This document shows, in pieces, positions 1-11,287 of a DNA stretch of 64,000 nucleotides. The DNA comes from Neoechinorhynchus agilis (Eukaryota > Animalia > Acanthocephala), in assembly GCA_051530055.1 (NCBI GenBank), contig CM121341.1:18826784-18890783 (forward strand), in the 5' to 3' direction. The notes under the pieces are model-generated. The model had not been told where the DNA came from and did not search any database. It saw nothing but the letters and a program-made list of their open reading frames with translations. Positions within the stretch are counted from its first letter, which is position 1, and each line of letters begins with the position of its first letter. The position numbers and the translations under genes were made by a program.

Positions 1-588
1 AGCAGCGGGAGCGCATGAAGGAAATTCAGGAGCAAAAGAAGCTACAAGTGGAAGCGGAGGAAAGGAAGAAGGACAATGAAAAAAGAAAAAAGGTTTACTT
101 AGGTCGTTTTAGAATTTAAAAAGATCATTTATCTTTTAGTTGGAAGAAGATCAACGGCTACGAGAAGACGAAAAGCGGAAGAGTGATGTACTTTATCGGG
201 AAATTAAACAAGGATTTGAGGTGTCACAAGAAGGTTTTGAGTTCGATGACAGTAAAAAGGTTGTTAAATCTTGCACCCCGAAGTCCGAATCGTCTTCTTT
301 GTTTCAATTTAGATTAGTGTGGCGGAATTCATAGAGTATTTGAAGACATCACGGGTTTGTCCTATTGAGGAAATAGCATCACATTTTAGCATGAAGTTCG
401 GAGATGTCATGAATCGCATTAATGATCTTCTTAATTCTGGAGATCTCATAGGTATTTTGGACGATAGGTGTCGTTTCATTTGGGTCGATGAAGACATCCT
501 CGATCGGCTAGCGAGGAAGGCAAAGTCGCTGGGAAGATTTTCGATATCTGAGTTCGCCGCGCATTGTAATGATATCGTTCTAAAATAA
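1..588 (+). CDS. DDRGK1: DDRGK domain-containing protein 1 (UFM1 pathway), 5'-partial; exons <1-92, 140-259, 313-588
   Basis: Charged coiled-coil followed by ...IKQGFEVSQEG..EFIEYLKTSRVCPIEEIASHFSMKFGDVMNRINDLLNSGDLIGILDDRCRFIWV, which aligns by eye to the DDRGK winged-helix domain. GT-AG introns 93-139 (47 bp) and 260-312 (53 bp) join the frames. Confidence 0.9.
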
Positions 589-599
589 AAAAATTAAAG

Positions 600-1700
600 C
601 GGATCTTATATTGTCCTTTCGTAGTGAGTCGAATTAACGCATTCATCAAAAACCTTTTTGAGAGCAATAAGATTGGATCGAAAAACTCAGCATTTAATTC
701 GACTGGGAACTCGAACTGCCTGTCCCAACGGATAAAAAACGTTAGTTTGACCCTTGGTTTGAGAAAAAAATCCGAAACATACTTGGTTCTTGTGCCTGCC
801 TTAAAGAACGAGCACGCCTACTCGTTGCCGCAACCAAAGGGTGCGATATTTTTCCTAACCCTTTACCAATCTCGTCGATTGATACTAAAATGAATGACAG
901 TTCTTTTGGTCTCGCTTCGACACTACGCTTAGGCGTGGCTTGCTCAATCCCTGCAGAATGCAAGTGAGGTGCAAAAATGGACAGCACATGAATCGCAAGG
1001 TTCTATTGTCCAAAAGCCAGGCACAATCTCCTTAGCATGTTGAATACTCTGAAACGTAGGTTTTGGCAATAGCATTATATCTCCCCTCGAGGTGGTCGGT
1101 TTTTGCCGATGAAGGGAAAAGACCGCACGGCGCATAAACAGTTCTGTTTCCGAATACGATTGCTAAAAGCAACTTGTTTCTTGCAGTTTAAGGAGCCGTT
1201 GAATTGGCGAAAAGGGCACTGATGTTAGACCAAACACCGCAGAATTTTAAAACAGGTATTAGATAGTTGGTCCCCGAGAATAAGCTGTGCGATTCAGAAA
1301 GGAAATGTTGGATCTTCAAGGCAATATGAGATAAAGATGTTCCTCCGTTCCCATCATAATTTGTTAACATAAATTGCGATCTGCTTAATCACATATTTTT
1401 TGTGTTGCTGCGTTCTAGAAACATGCTGAAAAAAGGGAACTGTATTGATTTATAACCACCAGGACAAGGTTCCCATTCTAACCTGCACTGCCTGTAATAA
1501 TATAGTGCTTGCAACGATTCGTGGATGCTGTCTAGTAAAATGTATGCTCGTAACAGATAGTCTATCGCATACTCTTTCGATCTAGCGCTTGTGAGCTCCA
1601 TATTGGGGAGAATTTAGAGAATCAAAAAATGAAAATCATTTACATATAGCAGTGTTAATGGCGAACAGTTCGGCATTGAGAGCGTCAGAATTGAATTCGA
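600..1700 (-). CDS. Probable multi-exon gene of unknown product, exon structure unresolved
   Basis: Chain of protein-like minus-strand ORF pieces (1389-1601, 944-1135, 742-987) convergent with DDRGK1, with candidate GT/AG sites; no recognisable domain. Confidence 0.3.
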
Positions 1701-1772
1701 TTATGATATTAATAAGTTGAAGAAAGCAAGCCAATTACGAAAATGTCGATATGTGAGGTACCGGGGTATATG

Positions 1773-2006
1773 ATTAGGATTATTATCATTCAATTTTAGT
1801 CAATCCCTTTCTTGTCCGGCTTGTTTATTTAGGCATGAAGCCAAACCAATTACATCAGAGAAGTGATATAACCACATCACTCCTCTGATGTAATTGGTTT
1901 GGCTTTATGCCTAAATAAATAAGCCGGACAAGAAAGGGATTGACTAAAATTGAATGATGATAACAATACCGGCTTGCCAGTAAAACTTAAAAAAATTAGG
2001 ATTATT
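1773..2006 (+). mobile_element. Foldback retroposon-like element, copy 1 (short), flanked by a 12-bp TSD
   Basis: About 85-bp inverted arms (1785-1962), then a tail accggcttgccagtaaaacttaaaaaa; exact direct repeat ATTAGGATTATT at 1773-1784 and 1995-2006. Confidence 0.75.
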
Positions 2007-2116
2007 GTTTAGGTCATCACCCGGTAAATAATTTTTTATTAAAGACGTTTCAAACCTCGTCAAACGTCTTTAGTAAAAAAATTATTCACCGGGTGATGAC
2101 CTAAACAATAATCCTA
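1997..2116. repeat. 120-bp near-perfect hairpin (MITE-like, TA at both ends)
   Basis: taggattattgtttaggtcatcacccggt...aaagacgttt pairs with aaacgtcttt...accgggtgatgacctaaacaataatccta. Confidence 0.75.
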
Positions 2117-3074
2117 GGTCAATTACGATATCCTTGCCATTAATAATTCCCAATAAAGTAAGTTTGACGTGTTATTTCGCATAAAACATTGATATGATTA
2201 ATATTATGTAAGTAGTGCGAAGTTCGTAAGTAATTATTTTCTGAAGCCTAAAATAATAAATTTAGGATATGATAAGCAATTACTTTCCCGTCGTGCATAT
2301 TAGGCGAGATGTCAATGTCATTTGTGACATCGGATTCTTCTACTTGGCGAACCTTAACGAAATCTAGAACGCAGAGTACTTGGTGATGGTAATCACTATT
2401 ATATCGCCTTTTGTCCGAGATATTAAATCAAATTCCACCGATATTTAAACTTCAAGTTTTCCGCCATAAAAATGGTATGAATCGTTTAACCTTCAAACAT
2501 TTGGATCAGTGAAACTGAATACGTTGAAACGGTCAAAAAAGATTTCTAACTGTTGAGATCTACATCCCTACCGTTTCATCATAATGCATTCTTCTCCAAC
2601 GCTCACTTAATGCTTCGGAAATTATCGACTTTTAACTAAAGTTTTCTATTTAAATCTCCTTTTTTGCACAACCAGACTTATGTTTTGCAGGAGGAATTCT
2701 ATTGCCTTCTGATCGCCAGTGATTCGTCTCAATCTATTAGACAATTGCTTGATCAGATCCTGTGCCGCAGTACCAAACGACCCGAGTGTCTCGACGCCAA
2801 AGGGAACACGATAATGATTTCGATAGAAATCAGTTTTGAGATTTTAGTTCATGAGTATGTTCGAAAATCGCTTGATATTTTTTATGTATGATAGTGGTTT
2901 GTACTGTGCTTTTACAACAAGAATGTTGCCCATGATCGCTCGAAACCCCATTGACAGTTTAAGCTGTTCTCTATCTCCTTAATAATAAAAATTAAGGCAA
3001 TGACGCCACTATTAGGCGGATAAACGAACTGAAATTCCTTCATCCTTAAGGAGAAATCTGATTTTTTTCCTGTT

Positions 3075-3325
3075 TACAAATGTATTCAATCAATCTTCAT
3101 TTCTCGACAATTAACACACTCACCACCTCCCGCCGAATTCCAGCTTTTGTCCTTCCTCGACCGTCGCTATCACGCTGGCAGCATTGCCCCGTTGTACTGC
3201 TAGCGAGATATTTTGTCGAAGGAATACGTCTGCTCTTGAGTCTCCGGTTGCCTCTCTCAATTTCTTCGAGAGATCCTGGAGCAGAGAGAGTGTCGAGCTG
3301 CCGAGAGCTCCATACGAATTTGATT
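3075..3325 (-). mobile_element. 3' fragment of CRE-like (RLE) non-LTR retrotransposon, family A
   Basis: Minus strand encodes ..REATGDSRAGVFLRQNISLAVQRGNAASV..; 3' UTR matches 52930-52975. Confidence 0.85.
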
Positions 3326-4194
3326 TTTGCTATCAACCATGGATCACAGCTGCTGTTCGATTTGAAAATCATTTCTGATTCTTTCTTTTGGTAGCGGATT
3401 TAAATTCACTGATTTATTTCTGATATATCGTCGGATAATTCCAATATTATCAAGGTTTGTCATTGTTTGAAAGTTTTTCAACTGTGAATTTCTGATTGTA
3501 GTGATTTTTTGGTAAGATATAAATCTGTTTTCTGTTATTTATCATGGCAAACTTAGTCAATGGCTCCTTTTAAATCCGATTGCCTTAAGATCGAAGATAC
3601 TCTCGAATGACTGAAGATCGATGATAGCCGAGTGTAGGTTTCTCATTCTTATAAGGGGATATTTTGCTTTTTAGGTCATCGTCGTAAACTTACCGGTTTG
3701 ATAAACTACCGAGCTCAATACCGATTTTTACTAGTTTTTAACAACAACTCTTTTTTCCGGTACTTTCATTGTAGTTATTTTTAGCAGAGGCCTTCGTTTC
3801 AAATAGAGTCCGTAAACACTTCTTGATGACATCCAATAACGCTGCCTCGGGTTTCTGAAAAGGCTATTTTCTTTGACAACTAGCTGGCACTTTCCAGCTG
3901 TGCTAAATATATTAGATATTACATTCCAAAATGACATGCTCTTAGGTTAAGATGATAAATCGTATGGTCATTATTCTGAATAATGAATAAAGTCTTTACA
4001 TTACTAAAAAATACTAATTTAAAACGATGATTGCCGTGCACTTGCTACTGTGTAAGCTTCCGGTGGCATCGTAAAGGAGTGAGGCATTCTATGTGTGAGA
4101 TGAAGTCTATGATACCCGAGATTCTGTCAACATTATAGGCTAGGGACTTACGGCTCTATCGGGCTTCGCTAATTTTCATTCGTCTTTCATACGT

Positions 4195-5256
4195 TTGAAG
4201 ATGTTGCCCGAATCGCGACGTGAACTTCCAACTATACGAGTTCCTGAAGGACGCTTTGATAAATGCATTCGACTGAATCTTAAAGATCACCCAATACTGC
4301 AGGAAGTAATGAACCGTAGATATCCTGGCTACGTTATATATGAAGATCCGTCGGTCGATGACTATTTCGTCGTCAGTGAAAAAGATCAAACTCTGATCGT
4401 TGATTTTAGGAATTATGAAGATATCGAGGATCCGTTTGAGGGTGTGGACATTCCTTCTTCAAGGACGAATGGTGTAAATCTAACAAGCGCTCAGTTAAAA
4501 CCATACATCCTGGAGAGATATGCAAGATTAAAGGTACGTAGCTTGTACACCAGCAACATGAACGGTATGAATACTACCAACAAAAGATTGCCGACTTCCG
4601 TCAACCCAACCATTCATAAAATATGCCGTGAAAATCTCACGATCGAAGGTTGTAACCGCAAGTCGACAAAGGAAGATATTTCAAATATTTTAAGAAATGT
4701 TATTGGATATCGACCCCCTTTGGAACCGGATAAATCCTGCGCAAGTTACAAAGATGTGATTACACATCGTTGCTTAATCTTTGGTGATCAGAATTTAAAA
4801 CAAATTGCTACCAAGCTTGATTTTCCATCGGAACTATTCGACAAAATAGCCACCTTTGTATTTTCTTGTCGATCGATCGAAGATACGTTGTATCACATAG
4901 ATCAAAAAATTTACCCCAAAGTTAAGTTCATATTGATTGTAATCGGAAAGGACCAATTCAAAAATAGTTCAAACGGGATGAATTTTCTGGAAAGTTTAAT
5001 TTATTTTCTGCGATCGATAAAGAGGCATCAGCAATTAGGATCAGCGTCTAGAATTGCAGTTTGCGAGGTCTTTCCATTAGATGAATCAGAATATTCATCG
5101 ACTGAAATCAATCACATCAATGGATGTCTCGAGGATATCTGCCGAGCGGATAATATTGAGATGATTCGTTGTAATGAGCCACCAAAGAGTGCATCTGACA
5201 CAGAGAGGGAATTGACTAAATCGATCGTACAATTCGTTATTTCATGTTTTCATTAA
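4195..5256 (+). CDS. Intronless 353-aa ORF with C-terminal SGNH/GDSL esterase-like fold (catalytically degenerate)
   Basis: Blocks LIFGDQNL (GDS-like), ILIVIGKDQ (GxND-like), IAVCEVFP, INHINGCLEDICRADNIEMI in SGNH order and spacing. Confidence 0.6.
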   Translation: MKMLPESRRELPTIRVPEGRFDKCIRLNLKDHPILQEVMNRRYPGYVIYEDPSVDDYFVVSEKDQTLIVDFRNYEDIEDPFEGVDIPSSRTNGVNLTSAQLKPYILERYARLKVRSLYTSNMNGMNTTNKRLPTSVNPTIHKICRENLTIEGCNRKSTKEDISNILRNVIGYRPPLEPDKSCASYKDVITHRCLIFGDQNLKQIATKLDFPSELFDKIATFVFSCRSIEDTLYHIDQKIYPKVKFILIVIGKDQFKNSSNGMNFLESLIYFLRSIKRHQQLGSASRIAVCEVFPLDESEYSSTEINHINGCLEDICRADNIEMIRCNEPPKSASDTERELTKSIVQFVISCFH

Positions 5257-5647
5257 ATATTCGGCAACCTTGAACGTCGATCAAGACCACAAGCAGCGCG
5301 ATCAGGCCCCAAAGACCAAAACAATAAGCAAAGCAGTGAATCATCTCGACGAGTGTTTCTTTAAAGTAATTGTTATGTCACTTCAAATTAAACGAGGACC
5401 TGTTTTCACATACCAACACCAATTGATAATACTTTTTACGGTAAGTTCAGATCAAAAATAGCGCATGAATCCAATTCGTGTAGTAAACATTTTTTGCTTG
5501 AAACTATTTATTGTCACTTTTGTCGTACTGCCATTGGCTATGCATTAGCTCGCTTTCTTGTTTTTTAATGATGATAATATGAACATTTTTGTGAGGCATA
5601 ATCCATCACAACTATTATAATGCCGTTATAAATCCTGTTGCTTCGTC

Positions 5648-6163
5648 GGTGGCATCAACATCATCATTAAATTTTAGTTTGTCCCTTCTTACCCGGCTTA
5701 TTTTTTAGGCATAAAGCAGAGAAGTGATATTATCAGTCTCTAATGCACGGTTAAAAGTTTGTACATTTCTCCGGATTCTCAGATAGCTCCAGGAGGCGGG
5801 ACGCATCAGTGAGTTTCCTCCCTTCAGCGGTATTTCGCCTTCTTTGGTTGTGCGTCATTGGCGGTAGCGGATTCGAACCAGTTGACGCTTAACTTGGATC
5901 AAGAGCATTAGTCCGACGAAATACCGCTAAAGGGAGGAAACTCCCTGATTAGTTCCGCCTCTTGGAGGTATCTGAGAATCCGGAGGAATGTACAAACTTT
6001 TAACCGTGCATTGGAGACTATGTGGTTATATCACTTCTCTGATGTAATTGGTTTAGCTTTATGCCTGAAAGAATAAGCCGGACAACAAGGGACAAACTAA
6101 AATTCAATGATAACATGAAAACAAACCGGCTTGCCAGTAGAACTTAAAATAGGTGGCATTAAC
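5648..6163 (+). mobile_element. Foldback retroposon-like element, copy 2 (long), 12-bp TSD, tRNA-like spacer
   Basis: About 180-bp inverted arms (5663-5840 / 5918-6112) whose outer parts match copy 1; same accggcttgccagtagaacttaaaa tail; direct repeat GGTGGCATYAAC at 5648-5659 and 6152-6163. A further fragment lies at about 6410-6465. Confidence 0.75.
5859..5929 (-). other. Degenerate tRNA-like segment (SINE-head-like)
   Basis: Minus strand TAGCGGT...GGTTCGAATCC GCT ACCGCCA: B-box/T-loop, 6 of 7 acceptor-stem pairs, 71 nt; D and anticodon arms are poor. Confidence 0.45.
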
Positions 6164-7479
6164 GAAATTAAAAGAAGGGAAAAGCACGTCAGCTATAGAT
6201 AATTATCTTCAAAACCACATAACTATAATTTCAGCCTCTTAATAATTAACAGCTAACACTGGATGATTGGAACTAATTGAGTATATTGTGTATACGTGTC
6301 TCAGCCTATTACATTTCATGAAGTGTAAATGAGGTTAACCTTACACGGCTGAAGTTGGACGCATGGACAACCGATTTTTGTCGAAGAATCGCTGGTCTGC
6401 ACTAAATACCTGACAGGTATCTCCAGGAGGCGGAACTTATCAGTGAGTTTCCTCCATTCAGACTGTGCCTAAATTCAGTTGTGTAGGGTTAACTTCATTT
6501 GCACTTTAAAAAATTGAGGAAAGCTCAATTTTATGATAATATGGATGCCAATATCTCAAATCAAATGACTTTCTAAGGAAAAAGATAAAATTTAATCATG
6601 AAGCACGTTGTAAAAATCTCGTAATCGAGACGTTATTTAGACGTTTTGAGTCTACACAAACCTGGGCATTCTTTTTTCCTAATCAAATGTTTCGATGGTA
6701 AACCTTTGAAACTAGATATCATTGAATCAATCCTGTCGGATGATGCATGACCTCGTATTAGCTCCCATTTTTCTATAATTATCGGGATGTTAGGTACATT
6801 CGAGTAAATCACTACATCCTTGTATCCACGGAAATAAATAAACTCTTGTACGAAGGTTGCAGCGAAGCGTAATCCCGCCTGAGTGTATACAAATGTTTTG
6901 GAAATTTTTAAACTCAGAAATTAGGACTAAAATACAGCCAAAATCGAAATTCCTGATGTAAGATAACACGTAACTTCGCTCCGCATTTGTCTTGATTCAG
7001 GCTAAGATTCGTAAGACTCTCAATTATGACCGGAAATTCAATATAACATTTAGCTGGTGCTAGAGGGTTCCTAATTACATACACAGAATTAATTGAGGCT
7101 GCAATTGTTAACAAGCAGTAAATGTACTTCAATGTAGCGGAAAACATACTTCGCAATTGAATAATCTCGAAATAAAAAAGACAGTAATTTAAACCTGTTT
7201 AGAGCATCTTCAATTCGCTGAGAAAATCCTAAGTAACCATAAAATGCTTGTCTCTTTAAGTGTTTTTTGACTGACTAAGCTTGTATGTCATTTGTACGAC
7301 GTATTACTACAATCCAAGCACCAAGCGAGGACATATGCTTTAGAAAAGTCGAAGAGGACCGTAATCAAATTAGTGTACTCGTTTATGATGATCATGAAAT
7401 ACACGTAAGTGAATGTGGGACGAGCCAGGCTTAAGTTAGTTTAATATGACAGGACGGCACCTTGAGATACGTCTTTGAT

Positions 7480-8530
7480 TCAGCGTCAGGTTACCTTCTC
7501 TATCAGCGCATCCTTCACAAAAGGCGTACCTCAAAGTGCCGTCCTGTCACAACTTCTTTTTAATATTTTCTTAAACGAACTTAAACCTCTCTCCTCTCAC
7601 TCTAAACTTTTCTTATGTGCCGAAGATCTCACCCTCATCTCCCATTCACCACCCCAACTCTCCCTTTCCTTAACCTCTAATGAAATCACACACATAAAAG
7701 ATTTTTGCACCAATCACAAACTCCACCTGGATTTCTCTAAATGCTTCGAAATGTTCCCTTCGTTCTCCCGCAACCCCACATTCTACCTCAAGCTTCTAAA
7801 TGATATCCAACGAGTCGCTTCCCTCAGAATTCTTGGTTTCCAATTTCAATCAAACCTGAAATGGGACTCGCGCATTACACTCTCCCTTAAGCGCAATACC
7901 TTTAAATTCAGATCCTCAAACGCCTCGGCCATTTAAAAATCAGTTCACCCGATCTCTCCAAATTCTACTATAGCTTTATTTTACCCTCCCTCACCTACGG
8001 CTATCCCGTCTTTTGAAACCTGTCCAAATCACAAATCCGTCGTCTTGAAATGTTTCAGAAAAGAGCATCTAAAATTTGCACAGTTGATTTTCTCCCGTTC
8101 GTCAAATACCTTTATAAAATTTTAATCAAACAATCAAAACGTCCCTCAACCCTATTACCACCATTTTTACCACATGTCGTCCTTTTTTCACACGAGCACA
8201 ACACTCGCAATCCCAATTCGTTTCATCCTCCTCCTATACTTCGCATCTCTCTATACCTAAGCTCCTTTTCCACACTGCCCAATCTTCTCGGATATCATGC
8301 CTCGAAATGAACCTGAGGAAAGACTCAAGCTCTCCTGCAAAAAATATCCGCAAATCCCCAACAGACGGACATCTTCCGACCGAATATTCCCACCTTACCA
8401 AAACAGTAATGTACTCAATAATCAACATACGCATTCTTTGATCAACTCTGAACTCGGGCGCTTATGAGGACCGAAGGTGCACAAGTCCTATTCTTTGTAT
8501 TTTAGCAAATAAAAGTGTTATTATTATATT
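7480..8530 (+). mobile_element. Decayed 3' part of CR1/L2-like LINE (RT C-terminus plus 3' UTR)
   Basis: KGVPQSAVLSQLLFNIFLNEL..LCAEDLTL (GVPQG/YADD homologues); 3' stem-loop at about 8466-8490; aataaa and (TAT)n-like tail. Confidence 0.75.
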
Positions 8531-8871
8531 ATAACTTGCTGAAAAACATACAACCGAATTCCTCCTTAGAAAAATCAAAAATGAAATAAGTGGCCCTCGA
8601 AATTGAACAACCATTATCTCTTAATAATGAGCTAAGCTTCGTGATTTCAAGTTTTTTTGCGTCGTGCAACAAATGAATACGGCTGTGATTGCTTTCGATG
8701 ATGGCAATCTTTGGAAAAATATAAATGCGGATTTCACCTTCTGAAACTCCAACTCTGATCTACATGACAAAAATGTTGTGCATATAGTTAAGTTGTTACT
8801 TGAAAAAATGGTCTAATGTTCCAAAAATACGGCATTGTCATAGGAAATTATAATAATTGATTTATTTATTT

Positions 8872-8905
8872 GATAATTTTCAGCCTTCGCGTAGGCATTC
8901 TTCAG
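8872..8905 (-). ncRNA. Degenerate hammerhead ribozyme motif (PLE type)
   Basis: Minus strand CTGAAGA a t GCCT acgcga AGGC t GAAA attatc; loop resembles the 62613-62646 copy; stems I and III are poor. Confidence 0.45.
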
Positions 8906-9056
8906 TCTATCTAAAATGCGCCCACAAACGTATCCGTTTTTTGTATCATGATGGCCTTCATCATCACTCTGTCGCGCCTTTCATTTGGTCCTGAGTTTAT
9001 TCTGACCCCAAGAATTGGAGCCCTGCAGTTGAGAAATAAGATGGAAGATATGGTTT

Positions 9057-9755
9057 ATGACCTTTCAGTTCGGATTGTTTGAGTTTGAAAGAAATTACAA
9101 AATGGCAATTAGGTTAGGAATGAATTTTGATTCGAACGTAACAGAGAAGATATTAACTGAACTAAAAAGTATCAAAACGACGAATCGATTACGTATCCTG
9201 AAAATAGACAAAAGACATGGATTTTGTGTGTTAAACGAAGCTCAATTCTACCACCTGGGTACATCAATTCTAAAGGCGAAGAATTCAAGAGACTAGATGC
9301 TTGCCCCCCAGAAAAACGAGAAAAGAAGTTTAATGGATTGGTTTTGAAATTAACGAAACAGAAAGGTCTATAGAAGAGGAGTATAAAAGAATACGGCCTC
9401 TGAATGCCAATACGCTGAGGATGTATTTATTTAAAAAATACGAATATACCAGTGGAGGAGGTAATTGAACTAGCCACAAGCCTATTGTTCGAAAAATGTA
9501 CAGAATGGAAGAATTGGCAGCGCTATACATGAGATCACGGGAGAAGAAACACGTGTCGAGATTGAGCGGTGTAGAGCTATGGATGCGATATGTGGATGAT
9601 ACTTTCATTATCTTTGATCCAACGCAAGTTAAACTGAACAGCTCGAAAAAGAATTGAATAGCTGTCACCGGAACATAAAATGTAACATTATAGAAGAGGA
9701 AAATGATAGTTTAACATTCTTGGACCTATGCGTAAGGCGAAAATATAACAGGGGG
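9057..9755 (+). mobile_element. Decayed Penelope-like RT fragment
   Basis: ILKIDKRHGFCVLN and WMRYVDDTFIIF..LTFLDLCV motifs; stops and an internal deletion. Confidence 0.8.
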
Positions 9756-9775
9756 TTCCGCATATGGTCTTGCCA

Positions 9776-10640
9776 TGTATTGTATTGTATGCAACGGTAC
9801 TTTCCTACGTTGCACCGTAGGTATAAGCCCGTCAAATAGAATTAGACTCAGCAAGGGATGTAAAATACACGACAGCAGTCCTGTTATGCGGGCAATTCGC
9901 GTTTCTTAAAATCAGGTCATCGTATGTACAACAGTTCCCTTTGCCTTTACGATACAATGTCGTTGGCTTCCAGAAAAGGAACTGTTGCACGACCTGTGGG
10001 CAGGATGCATCGGACCGAATCATATTGCTCGTGAACTGCAGTCGTCTGCGGCGCAAATATTCACTGGGCGGTTGGACTCCGGCTCTCTTATACAGTGCTT
10101 TGTTGGTCACTTTATCTGACCATCTGACCTTGAACGCCGCACGTAAGAGAGATGAATGATTTTGGTCCAACTGCTTCGCCGCCGTTGGTGACAGTGTCCA
10201 GGTCTCTGCATTGTAGTAGAGAATGCTCTAAGTTAGAGTCCTGAACAGCTGCGAACGGAGTTCATCTGGCAAAGACTCACTGTCAAACAGTGGTTTAAGT
10301 TGCCCCATTGCTCTCCAAGCTATAGCTCTCCGTCGGCTGACATCCGCACTCACCTCAGGAACGACAGCTCCCAGAAAGACATACAGCTCTATCTGTTTTA
10401 ATTGCTCAACGCCATTCGGCCCTTCGCTAGAGACTGTATGCGCGACATGCGGAATCGTCAAGAATTCCGTCTTTTTCGAGTTGATGGTCAGAGCAATCAT
10501 ACTCGCTCTCTCGCAGTCTATTTAGCATGCGTTGAGCTCCATCGACTGTTGAGGACATCAATACGATGTCGTCGGCATAAGCAATGTAGGAGGCGCGTAT
10601 CTCAGGATACCTGCGACCTCTTTTCTTCAACAGAAGAAAT
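9776..10640 (-). mobile_element. RTE family A, 5'-truncated copy
   Basis: Near-identical to 16815-17697: AYADDIVLMS, and a (TACAA)n-type tail at 9776-9790. Confidence 0.9.
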
Positions 10641-10824
10641 CCATCTTCATCATTGCCTTTTCCCGTTGCACTGGTGCATTTTGTTACTCCCGTTCGCTGC
10701 CGCATCACCAAGTATAGCGGCACACCGACCCCGCGTTGACAGGCTACTATCAGTAGCTGTCTGGCCGCCGGAGCTGCTTCTTTTACGTGACCGACAAGAA
10801 TCAGTAACATCAAGTCCGATCATC

Positions 10825-11090
10825 GTGAAAGAAAATTAGGGACGTGGAATAATTGTTCAATGGTAATGTGATGCGCTCGAACGAGGGTGCCCTAGCGGGG
10901 GCTAGTCTAGAAATCGATGTGAAAGGCAAACGAGCCCGAGGTCGACCAAAACAACGCTGGCTCGATACCATTCGAAGCGATCTTCGAACGACCCGACTTA
11001 ATCCGGGCGAAGCCAGTGATCGAATAAAATGGCGGACACTTTCAAAAGTAGACGACCCCGCATCCAAACGTTACAAAGGCTGAAGAAGAA
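10825..11090 (+). mobile_element. RTE family B, 3' end
   Basis: GKRARGRPKQRWLDTIRSDL...DRIKWR..DP C-terminus followed by a (GAA)3 tail. Confidence 0.85.
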
Positions 11091-11287
11091 TTACACTTTC
11101 ACATGCATAACTTTACAACTACAATGCGTATAGTCCTGAGTCAAAGTGTACTTTACACTAAGAGTTGGATGCATTGTCATTTTAATAGACACTTATGTCT
11201 GTTGCAGCCGATTACTCATTTTGCTTAAAAAAGATCAACTTCTCGCGGGATTTCAAAGTTAGACATCACAAGTAAAACTTGGTAAAA

